Origin: Patescibacteria group bacterium
GTDB taxonomy: Bacteria > Patescibacteriota > Saccharimonadia > Saccharimonadales > UBA4665
Length of the DNA stretch: 64,000 nucleotides
Assembly (NCBI GenBank): GCA_035479615.1
Contig: DATIIM010000019.1
Span: 29,590-93,589, forward strand
Direction: 5' to 3'
Shown: piece after piece, positions 8,616 to 18,563 of the stretch
Layout of the letters: each line of letters begins with the position of its first letter
Numbering within the stretch: position 1 is the stretch's first letter
Program-made: the position numbers and the translations under genes
Notes under the pieces: model-generated
Told to the model about the DNA's origin: nothing
Databases searched by the model: none
The model's input: the letters and a program-made list of their open reading frames with translations, nothing else

Positions 8616-9581
8616 ATGAAACGGTACATAGCAGATGTTTTAGTACCTGCCTATAACGAAGAAGCGATGATCGGTAAGACATTGCGAAGCATCGCAAACC
8701 AGAAGATTGAGCCGGATTGGCATTTCCGGGTCCAAGTGATTACAAACGGTTGCACGGATGACACACGTAAGGTGGCCGAACGCACCATTGCCGAACTCCA
8801 ACACAATGAACACTTTGAGTTCGTGCTCCATTCCCTAGAACAGCCCAGTAAAATAAGAGCTTTGCAGTTCGGGCTAGACCGAGCGGATGCGCCGCTCATT
8901 TTTTGTATAGATGCCGACTCGATCGTGTCGAATAACTGTTTTGCCGCTACGCTGCGCGAATTCCAGAACCCGCATACCATGCTGGCCGGGCCGTTGCCAC
9001 AGGTAATCGTGCCTAAGGAACGCTGCAACACCAAGCTTGGGTACATACACCGTACGGCAAATGTATGCCGCCGCGCTTACGAAGTCATTAGCCCCGGCGG
9101 GGCAATGATTGGCTATCGCCGCGAAAATATGGATGGCTATCCAGAAGGCATCGCCTCGGACGACAGCTACGTGACATTTAAAATGGCCGAGCGTTTCGGT
9201 TGGGAATCTGTGCGGGTTCCCCGGGATGCCGTGGTGTATTGGATTGGCGCCCAAAACTGGGTAGATTACATTAAACAAGAGTCCCGTTTTGCCCGTGCTA
9301 CGGTGCAGCTGCTTGAACGATTCCCGGAATTTGCCACAGTACGGCAAACACAAAAAGAGATTGTCCGCTGGGAAGAGCGCAAAAAGCTCGTTACGGTTCG
9401 CTTTAAGCTCAAACGGGCGGGCATACCACTCGGCACCCTCGGATATCTGCGGTTCCTGCAGAAAGCATGCGCCGAGAACGCCGGCTTTATACCAGACCAA
9501 CTTATTGGCAGCGACGGGCGCTGGGAAACGATTCTCAGTACCAAACAAGCACCAGACTGCGACCCAGCACTACCTTGCTAG
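8616..9581 (+). CDS. Glycosyltransferase family 2 (GT-A fold)
   Basis: VLVPAYNEE, the DxD motif IDADS, SDDSY and QESRF. SD GGGAGG upstream and TGCTATAAT at 8572-8580. Confidence 0.85.
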   Translation: MKRYIADVLVPAYNEEAMIGKTLRSIANQKIEPDWHFRVQVITNGCTDDTRKVAERTIAELQHNEHFEFVLHSLEQPSKIRALQFGLDRADAPLIFCIDADSIVSNNCFAATLREFQNPHTMLAGPLPQVIVPKERCNTKLGYIHRTANVCRRAYEVISPGGAMIGYRRENMDGYPEGIASDDSYVTFKMAERFGWESVRVPRDAVVYWIGAQNWVDYIKQESRFARATVQLLERFPEFATVRQTQKEIVRWEERKKLVTVRFKLKRAGIPLGTLGYLRFLQKACAENAGFIPDQLIGSDGRWETILSTKQAPDCDPALPC

Positions 9582-9608
9582 AGTCTGGCGCCCACCGTGC
9601 TATAATAG

Positions 9609-10955
9609 ATGACGATTATGCTTGATAGGGTAAAAAACTCCGTACGCGGTATAGCCGGTAAGGTCGCTCAAAAAGCTACCGAGGTTAATACCAAAATGGC
9701 ACAGAAGAATCCGGCTGCTGATGAAGAGCGCTATATTGTCGCATTGGACGTTGGAACCGAATTCGTAAAGGCGCTTATTGGCAAAGTTGCCGGTGATCAA
9801 ATTGAGATCATTGGTGTCGGCCGGGCCCATCAAGGGCTCAGCGACATGCAAGCCGGGGCCATCGCCGATATTGCCGGGGTTGTAGAAAATTGTGACAAAG
9901 CCCTGGCCCAGGCCGAACAACAGGCCAACGTTAGCGTGCGCACCGCAGTAATTGGCATTGCCGGTGAACTCGTAAAGGGTACTACGACCACGGTGCGTGT
10001 CTCGCGCAAAGATGCTGGTAAGGCCCTAGACCTTGTAGAAATGCAGCGGATTATCAAACTCGTCCAACAGCGGGCCGAAGCCAAGGCTAAGCAGCAATTA
10101 GCCTGGGAATTAGGTGGCAAAGAAGTTGAAGTCAAGCTGGTGAACAGTGCCTTAGTTGGCATCGAAATTGACGGCTATAAAGTTACCAGCCCGATCGGGT
10201 TCCAGGGCAAAGAAGTCGTGGTGCAACTATACACCGCATTTGCGCCGCTGATCCACATTGGTGCGCTGGAGCGCACTGCCCAGCAATTAGACCTTGATCT
10301 GTTAGCTGTTGCAGCCGAACCGTTCGCCGTCGCCCGTTCAGTCATTGGCGATGACACATCGGCCAGCATGAACGCGGTGCTTATGGACATCGGCGGTGGC
10401 ACAACCGACATTGCGGTGATTACCGATGGCGGCGTGCAAGGCACCAAGATGTTTGGTATTGGCGGTCGGGCGTACACCCGGGCAGTGGAGCGCGATTTGA
10501 ACGTTGAATATGCACAAGCCGAAGCGCTTAAAGTAGGCCTGGCTACCGGCCGGGTGCCGCAAAACAAAGCGGCCAACGTCGAAGCGGCGCTAAAAAAGAC
10601 GCTCGATGTATGGATGAGCGGCATCGAACTGGCCTTGGGCGAATTCGACAAGCTCGACAACCTGCCACACAAACTACTGCTCTGCGGCGGCGGTTCCAGC
10701 CTTGATTTGCTCATGGATCGTTTAGAGAGCGGCAACTGGTATGCCGAACTGCCGTTTACCCGTAAGCCAAGCGTGCAACACATTAACCCGGACCAAGTGG
10801 TAGGTATTGTTGACAAAACAGGCGATGTAAACGACCATACATTCATAACCGCAATGGGTCTGCTCCGCGTAGGCCTGGATACGCTCCAGTTTTCGGTAAC
10901 ACCGGACAAGAGCGGATCACTGCGCGATAAATTAGACAAGGCCCTACGTGTATGA
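9609..10955 (+). CDS. FtsA-like actin-family ATPase (not adjacent to ftsZ)
   Basis: Phosphate-1 motif ALDVGTEFVK, LQAGAIAD-like QAGAIADI, phosphate-2 motif MDIGGGTTDIA, GIGGRAYT and LLCGGGS. The start may be 9618. Confidence 0.85.
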   Translation: MTIMLDRVKNSVRGIAGKVAQKATEVNTKMAQKNPAADEERYIVALDVGTEFVKALIGKVAGDQIEIIGVGRAHQGLSDMQAGAIADIAGVVENCDKALAQAEQQANVSVRTAVIGIAGELVKGTTTTVRVSRKDAGKALDLVEMQRIIKLVQQRAEAKAKQQLAWELGGKEVEVKLVNSALVGIEIDGYKVTSPIGFQGKEVVVQLYTAFAPLIHIGALERTAQQLDLDLLAVAAEPFAVARSVIGDDTSASMNAVLMDIGGGTTDIAVITDGGVQGTKMFGIGGRAYTRAVERDLNVEYAQAEALKVGLATGRVPQNKAANVEAALKKTLDVWMSGIELALGEFDKLDNLPHKLLLCGGGSSLDLLMDRLESGNWYAELPFTRKPSVQHINPDQVVGIVDKTGDVNDHTFITAMGLLRVGLDTLQFSVTPDKSGSLRDKLDKALRV

Positions 10956-12703
10956 CCGAAAAAGCAGCCGCCAGCAACAAAGATGTCATTTACATCGATG
11001 TTGATGACGAAATAACCAGCATTATTGATAAAGTCCGTGGCAGCCACAATAAGATTGTGGCGCTTGTGTTGCCTAAGCGTGCAACCGTGCTCCAGAGTGT
11101 TGTGAACATGAAGTTGCTCAAGCGCGCCTCCGAAGAAGCCAAGAAGAACCTTGTGCTGATTACTGCCGAAGCCGGGCTTTTGCCCCTGGCCGGCAGCGTT
11201 GGGGTATTTGTGGCCAAAACATTGCAATCCAAGCCAGAAGTCCCTGACGCGCCAGACCGTGGCGACAGCAAACCAGAGAGCGTGGATGAAGATGATGCCG
11301 TCGACGACGAAGGCGACCCCGCCGAAGCGCTCGACAAAAGCGCACCAATCGGTGAACTAGCCGGTGCCGCAGCCCTAGAAGAGACGATCGAACTAGACGA
11401 TGATGACGAAGGCGATGCCGAAGAAGGCCCCGTGGCTGTCGGCAGTGCCGCCAAAGCCGCAAAAAAAGGCAAAAACAAGAAGTTTAAGATACCAGACTTT
11501 AATAAGTTCCGTTTGCTGTTGATCCTTGGCGGTGTTGGCGTTATCGCGCTGATCGTCTTTGGGTACATGGCGCTTGCCGTGCTGCCTAAGGCAACCATCT
11601 CTATTAAAACAGACAGCCAATCCGTGAACAGCAGTACGGTCGTGACGCTCACCACCGCTGCTGATGCCAAGTTCGATCTCGCCACTGCCACCATCCCAGC
11701 CAAGGGGCAAGTGGTGCAGAAAACCCTGACACAGCAAGTCGATGCCACCGGGCAGCAGAACAACGGCACCCAGGCTTCTGGCAAGGTAACGCTGAGCATT
11801 AAAGATTGTTCTGTTGATTCTGTCACCGTGCCAAGCGGCAGCGGCGTAACGAGCGGCGGCTTCACCTTTATTACGCAGCAGTCGGCTACGATGAGCAGTG
11901 TTAAGATCGGCGGCGTTTGCAAGAACAGCTCATACCCCTCTATTTCTAGTGCAACGGTTGACGTGATTGCCCAGAAGGCAGGTGCATCCTACAATCTGGC
12001 ATCTGGTTCAACCTTTGCCGTACCAGGTATTCCGGCCGCAACCGGCACCTCCAGCACAGCTATGACCGGCGGTACAGACGACATTATCAAGATCGTGCTC
12101 CAGGCCGACATCGACAGCGCTACCCAGAAAATTGGTGCCCAAGACGCGACCCCTATCAAGCAGGAACTGAAAACCGATCTGACAAACTTGAACTTCCGGC
12201 CCATCGAAGAGACTTTTGCCACAGCTACGCCCGAAACTAAAACCACCTCAAATGCTGGCGATAAGGCCGACAGCGTTACTGTGACCCAGACGATTAAGTA
12301 CACTATGCTCGGCGTTAATCCTGACGACCTCAAGAAAGTCATTGCCCAGGACGTAAGCAAGAAGATCGACACCAAGAAGCAAAGTATTCTAGATTATGGC
12401 CTCGACAGCATCGTCTTTGGCGTGCAAAGCCAGCCAGCAGAAGGCGCTGTGCTCACCATGCAAACGTCGGTTGTAGCCGGGCCAGACCTCAAAACTGATG
12501 ACCTCAAGAAGCAAGTGGCCGGCAAAAAGGCTGGCGACGCCAAGGAAGCCATCAAGCAGAACCCTGGCGTAACAGAGGTAGATGTAAAGTACAGCCCATT
12601 CTGGGTCAGCTCTATCCCTAAAAAGACAAGCAAGATCACGATAACCATCGAAAAACCGAAAGTGACAACGACAAGCAAACCCTCTGATGCAGCCGGCAAT
12701 TAG
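10952..12703 (+). CDS. Bitopic membrane protein with a baseplate J/gp47-like extracellular region
   Basis: N-terminal alpha/beta domain (IYIDVDDEITSII), acidic linker, basic patch, one TM helix (LLLILGGVGVIALIVFGYMALAVL), then a Thr/Ser-rich beta region with V.A...G..YN. Its start overlaps the upstream stop (ATGA). The family call is from recall. Confidence 0.65.
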   Translation: MTEKAAASNKDVIYIDVDDEITSIIDKVRGSHNKIVALVLPKRATVLQSVVNMKLLKRASEEAKKNLVLITAEAGLLPLAGSVGVFVAKTLQSKPEVPDAPDRGDSKPESVDEDDAVDDEGDPAEALDKSAPIGELAGAAALEETIELDDDDEGDAEEGPVAVGSAAKAAKKGKNKKFKIPDFNKFRLLLILGGVGVIALIVFGYMALAVLPKATISIKTDSQSVNSSTVVTLTTAADAKFDLATATIPAKGQVVQKTLTQQVDATGQQNNGTQASGKVTLSIKDCSVDSVTVPSGSGVTSGGFTFITQQSATMSSVKIGGVCKNSSYPSISSATVDVIAQKAGASYNLASGSTFAVPGIPAATGTSSTAMTGGTDDIIKIVLQADIDSATQKIGAQDATPIKQELKTDLTNLNFRPIEETFATATPETKTTSNAGDKADSVTVTQTIKYTMLGVNPDDLKKVIAQDVSKKIDTKKQSILDYGLDSIVFGVQSQPAEGAVLTMQTSVVAGPDLKTDDLKKQVAGKKAGDAKEAIKQNPGVTEVDVKYSPFWVSSIPKKTSKITITIEKPKVTTTSKPSDAAGN

Positions 12704-13109
12704 TACGATACTAGCACTGGATGTGGGCGAACGGCGGGTAGGTGTGGCACGGGCAAATACTTTTGCGCGTATTGCCAGCGCGTTAACCACATTGGAACGC
12801 GGCCCAGAGATCATACAAGCCATTCAGAAGCTGATTAGCGCCGAAAACGCATCAGTACTGGTCGTGGGTCTGCCAAGGGGGCTACAGGGGCAGCACACGC
12901 AGCAAACCAAAAATACCGAGGCATTTGGCGAAGAACTAGCACAGGCCTTGAGTATTCCGGTAAAATGGCAGGATGAGGCGGTAACGTCTCGAAAGGCTGA
13001 GGCCGAACTGCAGGCCCGCGGTAAGCCATACCAAAAGGGCGATATCGACGCCCTCAGCGCCGTATACATCCTAGAAGACTATTTGCGAGATAATCCGGAG
13101 GATTCGTAA
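12687..13109 (+). CDS. ruvX: Holliday junction resolvase-like / pre-16S rRNA nuclease RuvX (YqgF)
   Basis: ILALDVGERRVGVA, VVGLP, DEAVTS and IDALSAVYILEDYL. Confidence 0.93.
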   Translation: MQPAISTILALDVGERRVGVARANTFARIASALTTLERGPEIIQAIQKLISAENASVLVVGLPRGLQGQHTQQTKNTEAFGEELAQALSIPVKWQDEAVTSRKAEAELQARGKPYQKGDIDALSAVYILEDYLRDNPEDS

Positions 13110-14161
13110 TGCGTTATACATCGCAGCCGCCTAAGCGGCATTTAGTTAAACGATTAGTAGTCGTCGTTATTATTGTTATCTTGCTGCTCATAGCTGGCAC
13201 GATTGCGGTGCGCCACGTCTATTTTGAGAACCTCAAGCCCGTGAGCACTACCAGCCAGCAGGGCCAGCGCATCACTGTACAAAAAGGCGCGACGGTTGAC
13301 GAAATCGCCAAGCAGCTCAAAGACGCCGGCCTGATCCGCAGCACATGGGCCTTCCGACTGTATGTAAGCAGCAAGGAAGTGCGAGACCAGCTCGAAGCCG
13401 GCACGTATGTGCTGGAGCCGAGCCTAAGCGTACCAGAAATCGTTTCCCAGCTGACCCATGGCAAAGTGGCAACCGACCTTGTCACGATTATCCCCGGCCA
13501 GCGCATTGACCAAATCCGCAACACACTTAAAAACTATGGCTTTAGCGACGCCGAAGTCGCCAAGGCGCTCGACCCAGCTACATATGCCGGCAATCCGGCG
13601 CTGGTAGACAAACCGTCCGGTGTTGGCACGCTCGAGGGGTATATCTACCCAGATTCATACCAGAAGACCAGCGCTACAGACGCCCAGCAGGTGGTAGCGG
13701 CCGCGCTTAAAGAAATGGACGGCAAGCTGACGCCAGAGTTGCGCGCAGCATTTGCGGCCCATGGGCTGAGCACCTACGACGGGCTGATCCTGGCGTCGAT
13801 CATCGAACAAGAAGTCTCTAACCCAGCCGACCGGGCGCAGGCTGCCCAGGTATTCCTGAAGCGGATATCGATTGGCATGCCTCTGGGTTCGGACGTCACT
13901 GCCTACTATGGGTCGATTGCCGCAGGCAAGGAGCCGTCACTGCTGTTTGATTCGCCCTACAACACTCGGTTGCACACCGGCTTGCCGCCTACGCCGATCA
14001 GCAACGCCAGCCAAGGTTCGCTCGAAGCCGCAGCTCATCCGGCTACGACCGACTACCTGTATTTTGTGGCCGGGGATGATGGCACTACCCATTTCTCCCA
14101 CACCTTGGCCGAGCACGAAGCAGCCACTGCGCAGTACTGCCACAAGCTGTGCAGTCAATAG
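13109..14161 (+). CDS. mltG: Endolytic transglycosylase MltG
   Basis: N-terminal TM anchor, LEGYIYPDSY, LASIIEQE, SPYNTRLHTGLPPTPISN and YLYFVA. Confidence 0.93.
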   Translation: MRYTSQPPKRHLVKRLVVVVIIVILLLIAGTIAVRHVYFENLKPVSTTSQQGQRITVQKGATVDEIAKQLKDAGLIRSTWAFRLYVSSKEVRDQLEAGTYVLEPSLSVPEIVSQLTHGKVATDLVTIIPGQRIDQIRNTLKNYGFSDAEVAKALDPATYAGNPALVDKPSGVGTLEGYIYPDSYQKTSATDAQQVVAAALKEMDGKLTPELRAAFAAHGLSTYDGLILASIIEQEVSNPADRAQAAQVFLKRISIGMPLGSDVTAYYGSIAAGKEPSLLFDSPYNTRLHTGLPPTPISNASQGSLEAAAHPATTDYLYFVAGDDGTTHFSHTLAEHEAATAQYCHKLCSQ

Positions 14162-14201
14162 GTTGACGACCCAAAATATGCTATACTTATGCTTGTAGTA
14201 A

Positions 14202-15401
14202 TTGAGGACTACCCCTGTTAGAGGTGTTCTGAATGCTACATTCATTTGGAGATTTGATATTAGTAACACCCAAGGATTAGTCGAACGCACTGCCCTGGCA
14301 CGGCCGTTTGTCTTTTGGCGACGGTTGTTCAAGCATGTGGGTAAAATTCTGAGTCATCGGCACGCGGTGCGTACGATGATTGTTGGCTTGAACCTTGTTT
14401 TGTTGCTTACGATTGGTGGTTTTGCCTGGCGCGGTACCCAAGTAAAGCAGGTGCTGACGCGCAGTAATGCCACCGGGAGTGCAGCCGCTGGCAACTCTGG
14501 CGAACCATTGGACCAGATTTCTTCAGCCGACATTGCCGTAAATGCCGCCAAGATGGTTGGCCTAGCCGAAACAGTGGCCATTAGCAACCAGGCCGACAGT
14601 GTTGCCGCCAGCTTGGCCGTATCTCCGGCCGACTCAACGGTTATTGCTAAGCCTCAGACCGTGGCAACTGCGTTCTTCAGTCGTAAGGACATTAAAAATT
14701 ATGTTGTAGCAGGCGGCGATACTGTGTCGAGCATCGCAGCAAAATTCAACATTACCTCCGACAGCATTATTTGGTCTAACAACCTGAGCGGTAACAGCGT
14801 AAACGCCGGTACAAAGCTGGTTGTGCCTCCGGCTAACGGCATTGTGTACACCGTAAAAGCGGGCGATACCATCGATAGCCTGGCAAGCAAATACCTTGCT
14901 AACAAAGACCAGCTGGTGGCGGTCAACGACATCGAGCTGACCGGCTTGAAGGTTGGCGACCAGATTTTAATCCCTAACGGCCAGCAGCCAGCTGCAGTGG
15001 CTCGCGCCAGTGCGAGCTTTGCCTGGGGCGGCTCAGCAGTGTATGGCTCCAACGGCTACGACTACGGGTTCTGTACCTGGTACGTTGCCAACCGCCGCGC
15101 AGAATTGGGCAACCCGGTACCGAGCAACTTAGGCAACGCCTACAGCTGGTACAGCATTGCTTCCCGGGCGGGCCTGTCCACTGGTACAACACCGCGGCTC
15201 GGCGCCGTACTCGTGAACCAGCCTGGTGACCACGTCGCTGTTGTAGAGCAAATGAACGACGACGGCAGCTTCTGGATTTCGGAAATGAACTCACGTGGCC
15301 AGGTCGGCATTAACGACTCCCGGTCGACAGGTGGATGGGGCGTCCGCGACTACAAACTCATCCCCGCATCAGCCGCTTCTCACTACGGATACATCTATTA
15401 A
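14202..15401 (+). CDS. LysM (x2) + CHAP domain peptidoglycan hydrolase
   Basis: LysM repeats YVVAGGDTVSSIA and YTVKAGDTIDSLA; CHAP motifs CTWYVA, GNAYSW, HVAVVE and ISEMN. The true start is probably downstream of 14202. Confidence 0.88.
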   Translation: MRTTPVRGVLNATFIWRFDISNTQGLVERTALARPFVFWRRLFKHVGKILSHRHAVRTMIVGLNLVLLLTIGGFAWRGTQVKQVLTRSNATGSAAAGNSGEPLDQISSADIAVNAAKMVGLAETVAISNQADSVAASLAVSPADSTVIAKPQTVATAFFSRKDIKNYVVAGGDTVSSIAAKFNITSDSIIWSNNLSGNSVNAGTKLVVPPANGIVYTVKAGDTIDSLASKYLANKDQLVAVNDIELTGLKVGDQILIPNGQQPAAVARASASFAWGGSAVYGSNGYDYGFCTWYVANRRAELGNPVPSNLGNAYSWYSIASRAGLSTGTTPRLGAVLVNQPGDHVAVVEQMNDDGSFWISEMNSRGQVGINDSRSTGGWGVRDYKLIPASAASHYGYIY

Positions 15402-15434
15402 GTTTTACTCTACCCCTGATATCTGCTTAACTAG

Positions 15435-16721
<1,287 letters not shown>

Positions 16722-16791
16722 TACCAGAGCACAGTAGAGCCACTATAACGGTATTGTTTATTTTTACTAAATATTCTATAATATTCGATCT

Positions 16792-18093
16792 ATGCCAGAG
16801 AATTACACAGTGTCCGGTACTCAGAGTTCGGTGGGAGCAGTAGTAGGTGAAGTCCAAGCCGCTTGCCAGGATTTACCCGTTGGCGAGCTTGCCGATGTAG
16901 CGCAGGAATTACAAGACGCGGCCGCGACAATATATGAGGTAGCCGGGGATGGGCAGGGCAGTGAAGTGGCAGCGATGATCTCGCAGGCAGGTGAACGGGC
17001 ATCGGCAGCAGCCGGTGCGTTGCTCGTGGCACAAGAGAACCTCACGGCGTACGCGGGGGCAATTACTGGGGCAGGCGGTGGCGATGCTCCGGCCGTACAC
17101 GAGGCTGCGCCTACCACTTCCTCCACTCCCTCCCAAGGCCTTGAATTTGGCCCCTACGCGCCAGTTATCATAGAGGAACGACGGATGGGTAACGTTCAGG
17201 TGAAGGCAGCGCTTGTGCGGCATTCACCAGAGAATGCTGCACTTATTGCCGGTGTGGTTCGCGACTGTGACGTTATTGTCATGGAGACTGCTGGCGCAGC
17301 TAACGCACAAGAACGACTGCAGCTAGAACAGTTATATACCACGCTCCTATCGAGTCAGGTGGACCCTGCAGCAATCCAGGAGTTTTTTGAAAAAAATGAA
17401 AAATCATTTCCGTTCGTTTTTCTTGCCAACCTTGTCGGCACCGACAAGCCAGTTCGGCTCATTGACATGGATGTCGATGACGCCGACTATCGCTTAGTCG
17501 AAGCATTTTCGGAAACGAGGAGGGAGCTCTTAAAGCTGGCTGACGACGTGGCGCCAGTAGATGAATTGCGCCAAGCGGCGCTCGTTGCCGTCGAGGCTGC
17601 ATATCACTCCCAAGTGGCTCGGAATGAGCGTATGCGTCGTGACTTGGCCAAGCTAGAACCGCAGTTGGGATACGCTAAAGTGGGATTGGTAATGGGAGCG
17701 TCGCACTACGAAGTTTTGGATGGCATGGCGCCTGCTGGCAAGCCATCGTCGCAGTCGATCCGGGATAGGGCATGGGCACAGCTCAACACATGGGACAAGG
17801 CTGATGCCCAACGGGCCGAGAAAGGCGCAGTTGACCCTGAACTTTTGGATCGGATGGTGCTGAGTGTACAAATAGGTATGCATACTGGCAAGAAGGAGGA
17901 AGGTGAGCATTTAGCGCACGTACTGACCGACGAAGGGGTTGCTTTCGTGCTCCGCAATCTTGACGATATAGCACATGAGCCGGGCCGGAACAGAGTCGAA
18001 AAGGCATTTATCGCCAAGGTGTACTTACAGAGGATAGTAGATACTTTTCCACTGCCAGCACGTGGGTTTGTGATGCCGATCGATACAGTGTAG
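16792..18093 (+). CDS. Hypothetical protein: N-terminal helical module + linker + EreA/ChaN/TIKI-like domain
   Basis: 433-aa ORF. The order of motifs VRH, DVIVME, LIDMD, ARNERM and VMGASH matches the EreA/ChaN/TIKI superfamily. TATAAT lies just upstream. Confidence 0.6.
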   Translation: MPENYTVSGTQSSVGAVVGEVQAACQDLPVGELADVAQELQDAAATIYEVAGDGQGSEVAAMISQAGERASAAAGALLVAQENLTAYAGAITGAGGGDAPAVHEAAPTTSSTPSQGLEFGPYAPVIIEERRMGNVQVKAALVRHSPENAALIAGVVRDCDVIVMETAGAANAQERLQLEQLYTTLLSSQVDPAAIQEFFEKNEKSFPFVFLANLVGTDKPVRLIDMDVDDADYRLVEAFSETRRELLKLADDVAPVDELRQAALVAVEAAYHSQVARNERMRRDLAKLEPQLGYAKVGLVMGASHYEVLDGMAPAGKPSSQSIRDRAWAQLNTWDKADAQRAEKGAVDPELLDRMVLSVQIGMHTGKKEEGEHLAHVLTDEGVAFVLRNLDDIAHEPGRNRVEKAFIAKVYLQRIVDTFPLPARGFVMPIDTV

Positions 18094-18135
18094 TTGTAAT
18101 TGACAAAAGTAACCATAAGTGGTATACTGTGATCT

Positions 18136-18528
18136 ATGAGTGATTTTTTGATGGAACGTTCGGCAATTGGCCAGGCCATGAATCAGGTTCCTGGGCAGCT
18201 GCCTGAATTACGCCCGACAGTGCCGGAACTGCGTATGGCACGCGACTTCCCGAATGACAGCCCGCTGGTGCGGGAATGGGTTGGGGCAGGTGAGGGTACT
18301 ATTGTATTCGATACCCCAACAGAGGAACATGCTGCTGACCCCGCTTGGCGCGAGGGCCGCATTGTTGACCCTAATGGTGAAGCTACGGCTACGTTTGCCT
18401 ACCGTGCCGAAATGCCGGGCCGTGGTTCGGAAGTCTTTTTCCGGGCGCTTGGCTGGTTTATTGGCGAGCAACTGCCGGTCCGCGGTTGGTTAGCTGGCCG
18501 GGCCAACCCTGTCCGCAAAACCTCTTAA
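18136..18528 (+). CDS. Hypothetical protein
   Basis: 130-aa ORF filling the gap before sbcB; TATACT lies 7 nt before the ATG. Confidence 0.6.
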   Translation: MSDFLMERSAIGQAMNQVPGQLPELRPTVPELRMARDFPNDSPLVREWVGAGEGTIVFDTPTEEHAADPAWREGRIVDPNGEATATFAYRAEMPGRGSEVFFRALGWFIGEQLPVRGWLAGRANPVRKTS

Positions 18529-18563
18529 GGTGTAAGCAATAAATGGTACACTGGTAGCTACGT

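Noticed and set aside
10175-11922. Long antisense ORFs (10175..11227, 10990..11922) and similar shadow ORFs over uvrA, the ABC genes and the surface protein
   Set aside because: They lie opposite well-supported genes, show no motifs, and are expected from codon bias in moderately GC-rich DNA.
10952-12703. Prophage or contractile injection system suggested by the baseplate-J-like protein
   Set aside because: There are no sheath, tube, terminase, capsid or integrase genes nearby; it has a TM helix and lies in an operon with ruvX and mltG.
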